In this document: positions 28,117 through 37,910 of the stretch, piece after piece
Layout: the number at the start of each line of letters is the position of its first letter
Position numbering within the stretch: position 1 is the stretch's first letter
From: Algoriphagus sp.
GTDB lineage: Bacteria; Bacteroidota; Bacteroidia; Cytophagales; Cyclobacteriaceae
Direction of reading: 5' to 3'
Length of the DNA stretch: 64,000 nt
NCBI RefSeq assembly: GCF_024305035.1
Contig: NZ_JAMWZB010000014.1
Span: forward strand, 22,057-86,056
Made by a program: the position numbers and the translations under genes
Notes under the pieces: generated by a model
Database searches by the model: none
The model's input: only the letters and a program-made list of their open reading frames with translations
Told to the model about the DNA's origin: nothing

Positions 28117-29217
28117 ATGAAAGGCTTTCGCTTTACACAATACATACCCCCTCAAGACCCAGAGAAAAACACCTTTGAGAACCTGCTCAATATTTTTCTC
28201 CAACTCGTTACGATGACGGGAGGTGATGCAGCAGAAGCGCTTAGTTGGCTGACTAACTTGGACAAGCGCTACAACCTCACCAATCCCAATTATGGCATCG
28301 GAGACTTTATTGAAGACCTTAAATCGAAAGGCTACCTTACTGAGGAAAACCAAAAAGGCGAGTTTAAAATCACGGGAAAAGCTGAACAAACCATTCGAAA
28401 GTCAGCCTTGGAAGAAATCTTCGGAAAACTCAAGCGTGGCAAATCCGGACAGCATAAGACCACCCACTCCGGTCAGGGAGAAGAGCGCGGAAGTGATCGA
28501 AGAGCTTATGAGTTTGGAGACAATCTGGATCAAATCGCATTGACGGATTCACTTCGAAATGCGCAGGCCAATCATGGATTTTCGGGAGATTACCTGTTGA
28601 CAGAAAATGATCTCGAAATTGTAGAAAATGAATATCGCTCACAGACTTCCACTGTCCTGATGATTGATATTTCCCACTCCATGATTTTGTATGGAGAGGA
28701 TCGAATCACTCCGGCCAAAAAAGTGGCCATGGCTTTGGCCGAATTAATCAAAACCCGCTACCCGAAAGATACCTTAGACGTGATCGTCTTTGGTAATGAT
28801 GCCTGGCAAATTGAAATCAAGGATTTACCCTATCTTCAGGTAGGCCCTTATCACACCAATACGGTGGCCGGATTGGAGCTTGCCATGGATTTACTTCGGA
28901 AGAGAAAAAATCCCAATAAGCAAATCTTTATGATCACCGATGGAAAGCCTACCTGCCTTAAAGTGGGAATCAAATACTACAAAAATGCTTTTGGCATAGA
29001 CAGTAAAATTCTGAGTGAAACACTCAAACTCGCTGCTCAATGTCGAAAATTAAAAATCCCTGTAACCACCTTTATGATTGCTTCAGATCCGTATCTGAAG
29101 GAGTTTGTCAAAGAATTTACCCAGGTCAATAATGGAAGCGCCTACTACAGTTCGCTCAAAGGACTCGGGGATTTGATTTTTGAAGACTACAGAAGAAACC
29201 GAACCAAACGCTTTTAA
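28117..29217 (+). CDS. vWA domain-containing protein
   Basis: MIDAS LMIDISHSM, T in HTNT, ITDG; co-operonic with the AAA+ ATPase. Confidence 0.88.
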   Translation: MKGFRFTQYIPPQDPEKNTFENLLNIFLQLVTMTGGDAAEALSWLTNLDKRYNLTNPNYGIGDFIEDLKSKGYLTEENQKGEFKITGKAEQTIRKSALEEIFGKLKRGKSGQHKTTHSGQGEERGSDRRAYEFGDNLDQIALTDSLRNAQANHGFSGDYLLTENDLEIVENEYRSQTSTVLMIDISHSMILYGEDRITPAKKVAMALAELIKTRYPKDTLDVIVFGNDAWQIEIKDLPYLQVGPYHTNTVAGLELAMDLLRKRKNPNKQIFMITDGKPTCLKVGIKYYKNAFGIDSKILSETLKLAAQCRKLKIPVTTFMIASDPYLKEFVKEFTQVNNGSAYYSSLKGLGDLIFEDYRRNRTKRF

Positions 29218-29226
29218 ACCAAACGC

Positions 29227-30750
29227 ATGGACTACCAAAAACTATCCGGAAAAGAACTCAAACAAATCCGCACACTAGGCCAACTTAAAGCAGCGGGTTA
29301 CCAACCCAAATCCATTAAGGAAGAACTTCGAGACAACCTAATCGCCAAAATCAAGCAAAAAGAAAATGTCTTTGAAGGAATCTGGGGCTACCAGGATACC
29401 GTAATTCCAGACATTGAGCGAGCCATTTTATCCCGCCATAACATCAATTTGCTCGGGCTAAGAGGCCAGGCAAAAACCCGGATAGCCCGGATGATGACGC
29501 AGCTTTTGGATGAATACGTGCCCGTAGTTTTTGGGGCCGAACTCAATGATGACCCCTTGCAGCCATTAACTTCCTACGCTCGAAATCTCATCGAAGAACG
29601 CCGGGAGGATACGCCCATCATTTGGTGGCACAGAAATGATCGCTATACCGAAAAGCTTGCCACCCCAGATGTCTCAGTTGCGGATTTGATCGGGGATGTG
29701 GATCCGATCAAGGCAGCGACCATGAAGTTAAGCTACAACGACGAGCGAGTAATTCACTATGGATTAGTCCCTCGTTCCCATCGCTCGATATTTGTAATTA
29801 ATGAGTTGCCCGATTTACAGGCTCGAATTCAGGTGGCTTTGTTTAATATTTTACAGGAAGGAGATATTCAGATCCGAGGATTCAAATTGAGGCTTCCCCT
29901 GGATATTCAATTTGTATTTACTGCCAATCCGGAAGATTACACCAACCGGGGAAGCATTGTAACCCCACTGAAAGACCGGATCGAAAGTCAGATCATTACC
30001 CACTATCCGAAGTCCATCGAAATTGGAAAAAAAATCACCGCTCAGGAAGCCAATTTGGAAGGAAAGCCTGTAGCGAATATTCATGTGCCTGAATTAATGA
30101 AAGATCTCATCGAGCAGATTGCGATCGAGGCAAGAGATTCTGAATACGTGGATGAAAAATCCGGGGTATCTGCACGACTGACCATTTCAGCTTTCGAAAA
30201 TTTGATTTCGGCAGCAGAACGAAGGCTTTACCTCAATGGGGAAGAAACTACTACCGTACGAATTGCCGATTTAATCGGAGTGATTCCAGCCATTACCGGA
30301 AAGGTCGAGTTGGTCTATGAAGGAGAACAAGAAGGTGCCGGTTTAGTAGCCTATAATCTGATCGGAAAAGCCATACGATCGCAGTTTGTCAACTATTTCC
30401 CTTCGCCGGAACAAAAGAAAAAAGCCAAAGAAGGTAACCCCTATGTGATTCCTTTGGCCTGGTTTGGAGAAGGAAATGAGCTGGACATCTTGGCTTCTCA
30501 AGCCGACAAAGAATATAAGCAGGCCCTGCACAATGTCCCCGGACTAGAAGATGTAGTTACCGCATTGGTTAAAAATCTACCCGAAAAGGAAAAAGAGTTC
30601 TTTATGGAATTTGCCCTCCACGGTTTGGCCGAATATTCCCAGCTCAGCAAGAATCTGCTGGATACGGGTTTACAGTTTAAAGATCTATTCAGCTCCATGT
30701 TCAATATGGGGCCGGGTGAAGAAGACGATTTTGAAGAGGATGATTTGTAA
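29227..30750 (+). CDS. AAA+ ATPase, Mg-chelatase/MoxR-like
   Basis: Walker A variant GLRGQAKT, Walker B variant FVINE, TANPEDYTNRG, LKDR; acidic tail. Confidence 0.85.
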   Translation: MDYQKLSGKELKQIRTLGQLKAAGYQPKSIKEELRDNLIAKIKQKENVFEGIWGYQDTVIPDIERAILSRHNINLLGLRGQAKTRIARMMTQLLDEYVPVVFGAELNDDPLQPLTSYARNLIEERREDTPIIWWHRNDRYTEKLATPDVSVADLIGDVDPIKAATMKLSYNDERVIHYGLVPRSHRSIFVINELPDLQARIQVALFNILQEGDIQIRGFKLRLPLDIQFVFTANPEDYTNRGSIVTPLKDRIESQIITHYPKSIEIGKKITAQEANLEGKPVANIHVPELMKDLIEQIAIEARDSEYVDEKSGVSARLTISAFENLISAAERRLYLNGEETTTVRIADLIGVIPAITGKVELVYEGEQEGAGLVAYNLIGKAIRSQFVNYFPSPEQKKKAKEGNPYVIPLAWFGEGNELDILASQADKEYKQALHNVPGLEDVVTALVKNLPEKEKEFFMEFALHGLAEYSQLSKNLLDTGLQFKDLFSSMFNMGPGEEDDFEEDDL

Positions 30751-30751
30751 G

Positions 30752-30774
30752 AAAGAGGCGAAAGCCTCTTTTTT
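30752..30774 (+). terminator. Intrinsic terminator
   Basis: AAAGAGGC-GAAA-GCCTCTTT plus T-run right after the stop. Confidence 0.88.
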
Positions 30775-30794
30775 GCTTTCCAACTTTTCCCTCT

Positions 30795-30802
30795 TAACTT
30801 TG
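30795..30802 (+). promoter_or_regulatory. -7 box (TAACTTTG) for the riboswitch leader
   Basis: Exact TAnnTTTG about 7 nt before the aptamer 5' end. Confidence 0.7.
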
Positions 30803-30809
30803 CCTCAGA

Positions 30810-30890
30810 TCATAAGGGGTGCCCTAACATTACGGGCTGAGATCATACCCATATTACCTGATCCGGGTAGTGCCGGCGAAGGGAAATGAA
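30810..30890 (+). ncRNA. TPP (THI-box) riboswitch aptamer
   Basis: GGGG...GGGCTGAGA...ACCC...ACCTGATCCGGGTAGTGCCGGCGAAGGGAA matches TPP consensus elements. Confidence 0.93.
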
Positions 30891-30907
30891 CAAGCAAAGT
30901 AATCATT

Positions 30908-30953
30908 CAATAAATCAGATCTGGTACCGCCTGATTATTGGTTTTTGCTTTTG
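30908..30953 (+). terminator. Expression-platform terminator of the TPP riboswitch
   Basis: CAATAAATCAG / CTGATTATTG stem with one bulge, then GTTTTTGCTTTTG. Confidence 0.65.
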
Positions 30954-31034
30954 CGATACGGGTAAACAATCACGGAGGACTTCCCCTATGTCTTCCTATG
31001 TTTCACTCAATTACCCGAAAGGGATTTAATCAAC

Positions 31035-33422
31035 ATGAAAAATTTATGGCTTAGTCTGGCTTTTTGCCTGACTTTTACTGTGGCCTTTGCACAGCAACAA
31101 ATCAAGGGAATAGTAGTCGATCAATCCACCAATTCCCCACTATTCGGCGCAGCCGTCTGGGCGGAGGGCACGGGCAGAGGAACCGTGACCGATTCGGAGG
31201 GAAAATTTAACTTGTCTAGATTACCTGAAGGAAAACTGACAATTAAAGTATCCTATTTAGGTTATGAATCAGTTTCCCGTGAAATCATTTTGCCTGATGC
31301 AGAGGAACTTGTATTCCGCTTGGAAAGTAAGGACTTACTCTCTGAGGAATTTATCGTTTCGGCAACCCGGGCATCGGAAAACACACCCACGACCTTCAAG
31401 ACCATTGACAAAGTTGAATTGGAAAAGCGGAATCTCGGTCAAGATATCCCCATCTTACTAAATTTCACTCCTTCTGTGGTCTCGCATTCAGATGCCGGGG
31501 CGGGAGTGGGTTACACAGGTCTTCGAATTCGGGGTTCAGATCAAACGCGCATCAATGCCACCATCAATGGAATTCCGCTCAATGACGCCGAATCTCATGG
31601 GGTATTTTGGGTGAATATGCCTGATTTCGCAAGTTCGGTCGAAAACGTCCAAATCCAGCGAGGAGTCGGTACTTCTACCAATGGAGCGGCCACTTTTGGG
31701 GCTAGTTTGAACTTCCAAACCGATACCCGAAAGGACGATGCCTATGCTGAAATTGATCATGGTTTTGGCTCTTTTGGTACCTGGAGACATTCGGTTAAAG
31801 CGGGAACAGGCTTACTGAACAACCGCTTTGCAGTGGATGCCCGCCTTTCCAAAATCACCTCTGACGGTTTTGTGGACCGGGCTTTTTCGGATTTAAGTAG
31901 CTGGTTTGTTTCGGGAGGCTATTATGGGGAAAAAAGCGTGATTAAACTTGTCGCATTTTCCGGAAAGGAACAAACCTACCAATCCTGGTGGGGACTTCCT
32001 GAAGACAAATTGGAGGATGATCGAACCTGGAATTACTATACTTATGAAAACGAAACGGATAATTACCAGCAAGACCACTATCAGTTGATCTACACCGGTC
32101 AAGTGGGAAGCAATTGGAAAACCAACCTGGCACTTCATTATACTTATGGCCGTGGATATTACGAGCAATTTCGGGAAAACGACGACTTTGCCAGCTACAA
32201 CCTGCCCAATGTCACCATCGGAGAAGAATTGATTAGCAGTACAGATATTATCCGTCGCAGGTGGCTGGACAATGATTTCTACGGTTTTGTGGGTTCAGTC
32301 AATTACATTTCTGAAAATGGTAAATTGGACTGGATCATCGGGGGAGGAGCAAATCGATACGATGGAGGTCACTTTGGAGAAATCCTATGGGCTCGGATTG
32401 CGGGAAACACCAACATCCGTGATCGCTACTATGACAATAATGCCATCAAGGACGATCGGAACATCTACACCAAAGCTACCTATGAAATCAGCCCAGGCTT
32501 GAATGTTTTTGGAGATTTGCAGCTTAGAGGGATCGATTACTCCTTCAATGGAGTCAATGATGATCAACGGATCGTAAACGGCCAAGAAAATTATACCTTT
32601 TTCAATCCCAAGTTTGGTTTCTCTTACCAAAATGGAAATCAAACTTATTACGCAAGCTACGCGGTAGCCAATCGGGAGCCTACCCGCTCTGACTTTACAG
32701 ACAATCCCATTACCGAAGTCCCAAGACCTGAGCGGTTAACGAACATTGAAGCGGGAGTACGGGCGAGCAGCGGAGACTTTACCTACAATGCCAACTTCTA
32801 TTTCATGGACTACAAGGACCAATTGATTTTGACTGGACAGATTAATGACGTGGGTGCCTATATCCGAGAAAACGTAGCTTCTTCCTACCGTGCAGGGATA
32901 GAATTGGACGGAGCCTACCAGTTGTCTCCCGTCTGGACCTTGGGGGGAAATATTGCCTTCAGCCAAAATAAAATCGCCGAATTTACCGAGTACATCGATG
33001 ACTATTCTGTAGAAGAATTTCAGCAGGAGCAATTTACCTATACGGATACGGACATTGCTTTTTCACCCAATGTAGTCGGATCGGCAATTATCGAGTTTAA
33101 TCCGACCAAAAACCTGACGGTAAATTGGTTGAGCAAATACGTGGGAAGACAGTTTTTGGACAATACCTCTAACCTAGACCGCTCTTTGGATGCATTCTTT
33201 ACCAATGACTTGCGAATTAGCTATTCGGCTCAACCTCGCTATTTCAAAGGACTGGAAGTTAATCTATTGATCAATAATATCTTCAATGAACGCTACGAGC
33301 CCAATGGCTATACCTTCAGCTATTTTGTGCCGGGCGGAAATGGACGTGAATTGGTGACCGAAAATTTCTACTATCCTCAGGCAGGGACCAATTTTCTATT
33401 GGGGGTAAGTATGAAATTTTAA
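31035..33422 (+). CDS. TonB-dependent receptor, probably thiamine uptake
   Basis: Signal peptide, N-terminal beta-sandwich (QIKGIVVD), plug (RIRG...NGIP...IQRG), C-terminal Phe; TPP riboswitch upstream. Confidence 0.9.
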   Translation: MKNLWLSLAFCLTFTVAFAQQQIKGIVVDQSTNSPLFGAAVWAEGTGRGTVTDSEGKFNLSRLPEGKLTIKVSYLGYESVSREIILPDAEELVFRLESKDLLSEEFIVSATRASENTPTTFKTIDKVELEKRNLGQDIPILLNFTPSVVSHSDAGAGVGYTGLRIRGSDQTRINATINGIPLNDAESHGVFWVNMPDFASSVENVQIQRGVGTSTNGAATFGASLNFQTDTRKDDAYAEIDHGFGSFGTWRHSVKAGTGLLNNRFAVDARLSKITSDGFVDRAFSDLSSWFVSGGYYGEKSVIKLVAFSGKEQTYQSWWGLPEDKLEDDRTWNYYTYENETDNYQQDHYQLIYTGQVGSNWKTNLALHYTYGRGYYEQFRENDDFASYNLPNVTIGEELISSTDIIRRRWLDNDFYGFVGSVNYISENGKLDWIIGGGANRYDGGHFGEILWARIAGNTNIRDRYYDNNAIKDDRNIYTKATYEISPGLNVFGDLQLRGIDYSFNGVNDDQRIVNGQENYTFFNPKFGFSYQNGNQTYYASYAVANREPTRSDFTDNPITEVPRPERLTNIEAGVRASSGDFTYNANFYFMDYKDQLILTGQINDVGAYIRENVASSYRAGIELDGAYQLSPVWTLGGNIAFSQNKIAEFTEYIDDYSVEEFQQEQFTYTDTDIAFSPNVVGSAIIEFNPTKNLTVNWLSKYVGRQFLDNTSNLDRSLDAFFTNDLRISYSAQPRYFKGLEVNLLINNIFNERYEPNGYTFSYFVPGGNGRELVTENFYYPQAGTNFLLGVSMKF

Positions 33423-33428
33423 AAAAAT

Positions 33429-33475
33429 AAAAGCCACAGATTCGTAGATCATCAATCCGTGAATCTGTGGCTTTT
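33429..33475. terminator. Bidirectional terminator
   Basis: Perfect 15-bp stem AAAAGCCACAGATTC / GAATCTGTGGCTTTT. Confidence 0.88.
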
Positions 33476-33512
33476 TCCTTAGTCAATATTTTTCTTTTGC
33501 GAAAGCAAGTTC

Positions 33513-34025
33513 TCACGAAAGCTTAAACCCATTTCGAATTATATTCAAAGCTGTTATCGCGTCCTTCTCTCTTGAATAATCAAAAACCATAACTTTTTCC
33601 CTATTGACCAGTAATACGCATTTATAAACAGTTACTTCCCCTGAAAGTGTTGGGCTGATTCCGTTTGGAGTATTGGATTCCATGTAGGTGTGGTGAATCA
33701 ATTCTGCGTTTTCAATCGCTGGAAGACGTTGCCACTTTCCCCTCTTTATCCAAAAAATGCTTTGATATTTCTTTAGTTTATGGGCTTTAAAATCTATGAG
33801 AACTCCACCATATGTGGAAATAATAAATACCCCTGTGGTTAAGGGAATCCCGCTTACCAACAAGACTTTGCTAAAAGCTGTCTCTACATCTACAAAAAAA
33901 GGAATGGTGAACACTATCAGTCCAGTCAAGATCAGCATGCCGCCAAGTTTTTGTATTCCGTTTTTTCTCTTGATATAATGAAAGTGTCTCAAGATCCCTA
34001 GGTTTAGGGTTACCAAGTTAAGCAA
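33513..34025 (-). CDS. Hypothetical membrane protein (2 TM + soluble domain)
   Basis: Two TM helices then a beta-rich tail; start uncertain. Confidence 0.6.
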   Translation of the reverse strand: MLNLVTLNLGILRHFHYIKRKNGIQKLGGMLILTGLIVFTIPFFVDVETAFSKVLLVSGIPLTTGVFIISTYGGVLIDFKAHKLKKYQSIFWIKRGKWQRLPAIENAELIHHTYMESNTPNGISPTLSGEVTVYKCVLLVNREKVMVFDYSREKDAITALNIIRNGFKLS

Positions 34026-34066
34026 CTAATTGCAATCCATCTAGCTCAACCACTTCTAGCAGTATT

Positions 34067-35128
34067 TCAAAAAGTAATCGTAAACGTACTCCCTTTTCCA
34101 AGTTCGCTTTCTACGGCAAGATCTCCCCCCACACTTTTGATGTGGTTATACACCAAGTAAAGCCCAATCCCCTTACTATCGGCATGCTGATGAAAAGTCT
34201 GATTCATTCCAAAAAGCTTTCCCCTGACTTTTTTTAAATCCATGCCTTGTCCATTGTCTGATACCGTCAGGACGGTTCTTCCTTCCGATTTGAATGTCTT
34301 TATGCTAACTTCTAAAGGAACTTCAACACGCCGGTATTTCATGGCATTACTGATTAGATTTAAAAAAATACTGCCCAAATAAAGTCGATTGTAATGGAGC
34401 TCGGGAGCTTGAGCAAAATCAAAATCGATGTGCATATTGGTGGAAGAAACCAGTGGCTGAATAGTGGAAAGCACCTGAGCAAGTATCTCAGAAAAATTCA
34501 ACAGCTCTAACTCAGATTTAGGCTTTTCTTTTTCAGCAATCAGCTCCAAATATTTATTGAGGTTGTCCTTCAGCCCTCTTGTGGAACGACTGATCAACTC
34601 TATGAGCTCTCGAGTTTCCTGATCGTCTATTTTATTCAAATCCAGTAATTCGAAAACAGATAAAATACTGGCCACTGGAGACCTCAAGTCATGTGCAGTA
34701 ATGTAAGTGAGGCGCTTGAGTTCCTCATTTTTTTCAGAAAGTGAGGATAACAAAGCTTCCCGGGTTGATTCGTGATTTTTCCTATCCGTAACATTTTTGG
34801 CAATTGCAAAGACCAACTCCTGATCAGGGATGGGCCAGGACGTCCACGACAGCCAGATGGTTTTCCCGCTTTTGCTCACATAGCGATTTTCAAAATTGAT
34901 CAATGGTTTTCTTTCCTTTAGCCGGTCTCGCTGAGATTGGGTGACTGGCCTATCCTCGGGATGGATAAACTCGTCTATAGGACGACTGTAAAGCTCTTTT
35001 TCTGAATACCCCAGCACCTGAGAAACAGCGGGATTGATTTTCTTAAAAAAACCATCGTAACCCGCCAAACAGACCAAGTCGGGGGTCAGGTCTAGAAAAT
35101 CTTCAAAAGAAAATTGATGCTGGGTCAT
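34067..35128 (-). CDS. Cytoplasmic PAS-domain sensor histidine kinase
   Basis: PAS (INPA, FIHPEDR), H-box AHDLRSP, N-box NLISNAMKY, DNGQG, GIGLY, GKGSTF. Confidence 0.92.
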   Translation of the reverse strand: MTQHQFSFEDFLDLTPDLVCLAGYDGFFKKINPAVSQVLGYSEKELYSRPIDEFIHPEDRPVTQSQRDRLKERKPLINFENRYVSKSGKTIWLSWTSWPIPDQELVFAIAKNVTDRKNHESTREALLSSLSEKNEELKRLTYITAHDLRSPVASILSVFELLDLNKIDDQETRELIELISRSTRGLKDNLNKYLELIAEKEKPKSELELLNFSEILAQVLSTIQPLVSSTNMHIDFDFAQAPELHYNRLYLGSIFLNLISNAMKYRRVEVPLEVSIKTFKSEGRTVLTVSDNGQGMDLKKVRGKLFGMNQTFHQHADSKGIGLYLVYNHIKSVGGDLAVESELGKGSTFTITF

Positions 35129-35162
35129 TAATCTAAACAGATGGACATACGATGAGTCAGGA

Positions 35163-36422
35163 TCATAAATCTTTTTCTTCGAAAATCACCGTTTGATCCT
35201 CCAGGTAATGAGGATAAATTTTAAGGTGTTGCTTTTTAACCTCTTCGGTTAATCTTTTTCTAAACTCCTCCACATTTTCACCAGATCCAGCTGCCATAAA
35301 TACGGGTTTAATCCCCGTTTTCTTTTCATAAGCATCCGATAAGGCATCAAAATCTTTGTAATCCGCTTCCTGAAGGTCCATTTCGGACATTTCCATGATT
35401 TTGTCCTCCGAAGGCATGGTCTCTACCAGGTCAATTTTATTAAAAACCAAAAGAATGGGCTTATCCCCAGCATTGATTTCACGTAAGGTCTGTGTCACCA
35501 CAGCGATATGATCTTCAAAATTGGGATGAGAAATATCCACCACATGCACCAAAAGATCCGCTTCACGAATCTCGTCGAGCGTAGATTTAAAGGACTCAAT
35601 CAAGTGGGTGGGAAGCTTTCGAATAAACCCCACTGTATCGGAAAGTAAAAAAGGCACATTTTCCAAAACAACCTTACGAACAGTCGAGTCAACCGTGGCA
35701 AACAATTTATTCTCTGCAAGAATATCGGTCTTGGTGATCAAATTCATCAGGGTACTTTTTCCCACATTGGTATAGCCAACCAAGGCGACCCGTACAATGC
35801 CCTGCCGGCCCTTTCGCTGGGTAATGCCTTGTTTTTCTATTTCTCTTAGCTTTTGCTTAAGCAGCGTAATTTTATTTCGGATATCCCGCTTATCCGTCTC
35901 GATTTCCTTTTCCCCTGCACCACCACGAGTAGAAGTTCCTCCCCGCTGCCGCTCCAAGTGCGTCCACATCCTAGTCAATCTGGGCAATAAATATTGAAAT
36001 CTAGCCAACTCAACTTGGGTTTTGGCTTGAGCAGTCTGCGCCCGGTTCAGAAAAATATCCAAAATCAACAACGAACGATCGTAGACTTTAATCTTGAGTT
36101 CGTTTTCCAGATTCTTCATTTGAGAAGGAGAAAGGTCATCATCAAAAATGACCATATCCACCTCAAAATGCTCCACATACGCTAGAATTTCTTCCAGCTT
36201 CCCCTTTCCCACAAAGGTCCGAATATCGGGTTTCTCCATACGCTGGGTAAAGCGATAAACCGCCTTCACCCCTAGGGTTTCAGTTAAAAATGCCAATTCA
36301 TCCAAGTGCTCGGCCGTTTCTTGGTCGCTTTGATTTTGGCGAATAAGTGAGACCAAGACAGCCGTTTCTTGCTTGGGGGCAGTGTCGTGTAGTTTTTGGA
36401 GCTTACGTGAAAATTTACTCAT
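35163..36422 (-). CDS. hflX: Ribosome-splitting GTPase HflX
   Basis: YLLPRL, GYTNVGKST, LFATVD, DTVGFI, NKID. Confidence 0.97.
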   Translation of the reverse strand: MSKFSRKLQKLHDTAPKQETAVLVSLIRQNQSDQETAEHLDELAFLTETLGVKAVYRFTQRMEKPDIRTFVGKGKLEEILAYVEHFEVDMVIFDDDLSPSQMKNLENELKIKVYDRSLLILDIFLNRAQTAQAKTQVELARFQYLLPRLTRMWTHLERQRGGTSTRGGAGEKEIETDKRDIRNKITLLKQKLREIEKQGITQRKGRQGIVRVALVGYTNVGKSTLMNLITKTDILAENKLFATVDSTVRKVVLENVPFLLSDTVGFIRKLPTHLIESFKSTLDEIREADLLVHVVDISHPNFEDHIAVVTQTLREINAGDKPILLVFNKIDLVETMPSEDKIMEMSEMDLQEADYKDFDALSDAYEKKTGIKPVFMAAGSGENVEEFRKRLTEEVKKQHLKIYPHYLEDQTVIFEEKDL

Positions 36423-36605
36423 GAAGTATGTTTAATTCTTTTTCAGAATGAAAGAATTCCTAAAATAGTTTCATCTGTTAAAGATATCCTTGGTGTCCTG
36501 ATTTTCAATTGAAAAGAAAAATAGTTCGGCATATTTCCTCAAAATTGTTTAGGATCGTGTAATTCCTAATGGTTATTTTACAAATTAATCAAAAAAACTG
36601 CTCTT

Positions 36606-37160
36606 ATGGCCCAGATTTCAACGACAGTTTTGCCAGGCATTCTTGAGATTCAGCCCAGAATCTTTAGAGATGAGCGGGGCTATTTCTTTGAATCTTTCCG
36701 GAGTGATTGGCTGGAACCTCACGGTATTACTCACCCATGGGTCCAGGATAACCAGTCTTTTTCCCAAAAAGGAACGGTCCGCGGGCTCCATTTTCAGAAA
36801 GCACCTTTTGCCCAAGCTAAGCTGGTCCGTGTTATTCAGGGAAAAGTGTTGGACGTTGCAGTAGACCTGAGAAAAAACTCCCCTACTTTTGGCAAAAGCT
36901 ATGCTGCAATACTTGATGCAGATCGTAATAATCTACTTTATATTCCCACTGGTTTTGCCCATGGCTTTTCTGTGCTAGAAGATGCTATATTTGCATACAA
37001 GTGCTCTGACTATTATCACCAAGCCAGCGAGGGAGGCATCAAATGGGATGATCCTGAGCTTGCCCTAGACTGGCAAGTGGAGCAGCCCATCATTTCTGCC
37101 AAGGATGAGACTTGGCCGAGCTTAAAAAAATTTACAGAAATAAGTGGAGGAGGATTATAA
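36606..37160 (+). CDS. rfbC: dTDP-4-dehydrorhamnose 3,5-epimerase
   Basis: DERGYFFE, QDNQSFS, RGLHFQ, GFAHGF, YKCS. Confidence 0.96.
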   Translation: MAQISTTVLPGILEIQPRIFRDERGYFFESFRSDWLEPHGITHPWVQDNQSFSQKGTVRGLHFQKAPFAQAKLVRVIQGKVLDVAVDLRKNSPTFGKSYAAILDADRNNLLYIPTGFAHGFSVLEDAIFAYKCSDYYHQASEGGIKWDDPELALDWQVEQPIISAKDETWPSLKKFTEISGGGL

Positions 37161-37907
37161 ATGGGCATTCTAGACCTATTTAAACGCAAACCTGAAGTAA
37201 TAGAGAGCTTGGACCTGAGCTGGTTGCAGGCTGACATGCATTCGCATTTGATCCCAGGGATAGACGATGGATCCAAATCCATGGAAGAATCACTGGTTCT
37301 AGTGCGGAGACTGGTTGACTATGGATTGAAAAAGATTATTACCACGCCTCATATTATGTCGGAGTACTACCGAAATACTCCCGAAATCATCGGCTTGGGG
37401 CTGGAAGATCTCAGAAAAGCCATCCAAAAAGAAGAAATTGACCTGCAGATTGATGCTGCTGCCGAGTACTATATGGATGAAATATTTCTTGAAAAAGTAA
37501 AAAGCGGGGAAAAACTTCTGACTTTTGGAGATCAGTTCATATTGGTCGAGACCGGATTTATCAATCGCCCTCAGATGTTATTGGAGATTTTTTTTCATTT
37601 GGAAATGGCCGGATACAAGCCCGTTTTTGCTCATCCGGAGCGCTATCAATACCTCCATGCGGACAAAGCTCTCCTTCAGGACTTGCTGGATCGCAATGTG
37701 ATTCTTCAGATCAATTTACTATCTCTCACGGGTTTTTACTCGAAGCAAGTGAAAGATTTTGCAGAGCTTCTGTTGGAAAAAGGAAATGTGCAATTCTTTG
37801 GGACAGACTGCCACAATGAGCGGTACCTGGATATGCTCGAACTCTTGCCAAAATCCAAGCTTTACGATCGGATTCGCGAGAAAAATTGGCTCAATTCAAG
37901 CCTCTAA
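37161..37907 (+). CDS. PHP-family tyrosine-protein phosphatase (CpsB/CapC/YwqE)
   Basis: DMHSHLIPGIDDG, TPH, AHPERY, GTDCH. Confidence 0.9.
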   Translation: MGILDLFKRKPEVIESLDLSWLQADMHSHLIPGIDDGSKSMEESLVLVRRLVDYGLKKIITTPHIMSEYYRNTPEIIGLGLEDLRKAIQKEEIDLQIDAAAEYYMDEIFLEKVKSGEKLLTFGDQFILVETGFINRPQMLLEIFFHLEMAGYKPVFAHPERYQYLHADKALLQDLLDRNVILQINLLSLTGFYSKQVKDFAELLLEKGNVQFFGTDCHNERYLDMLELLPKSKLYDRIREKNWLNSSL

Positions 37908-37910
37908 GCT

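Noticed and set aside
33429-33475. CACAGATT/AATCTGTG hairpin as a REP-type mobile repeat
   Set aside because: Single copy in the window, and its position between convergent genes is explained by a terminator.
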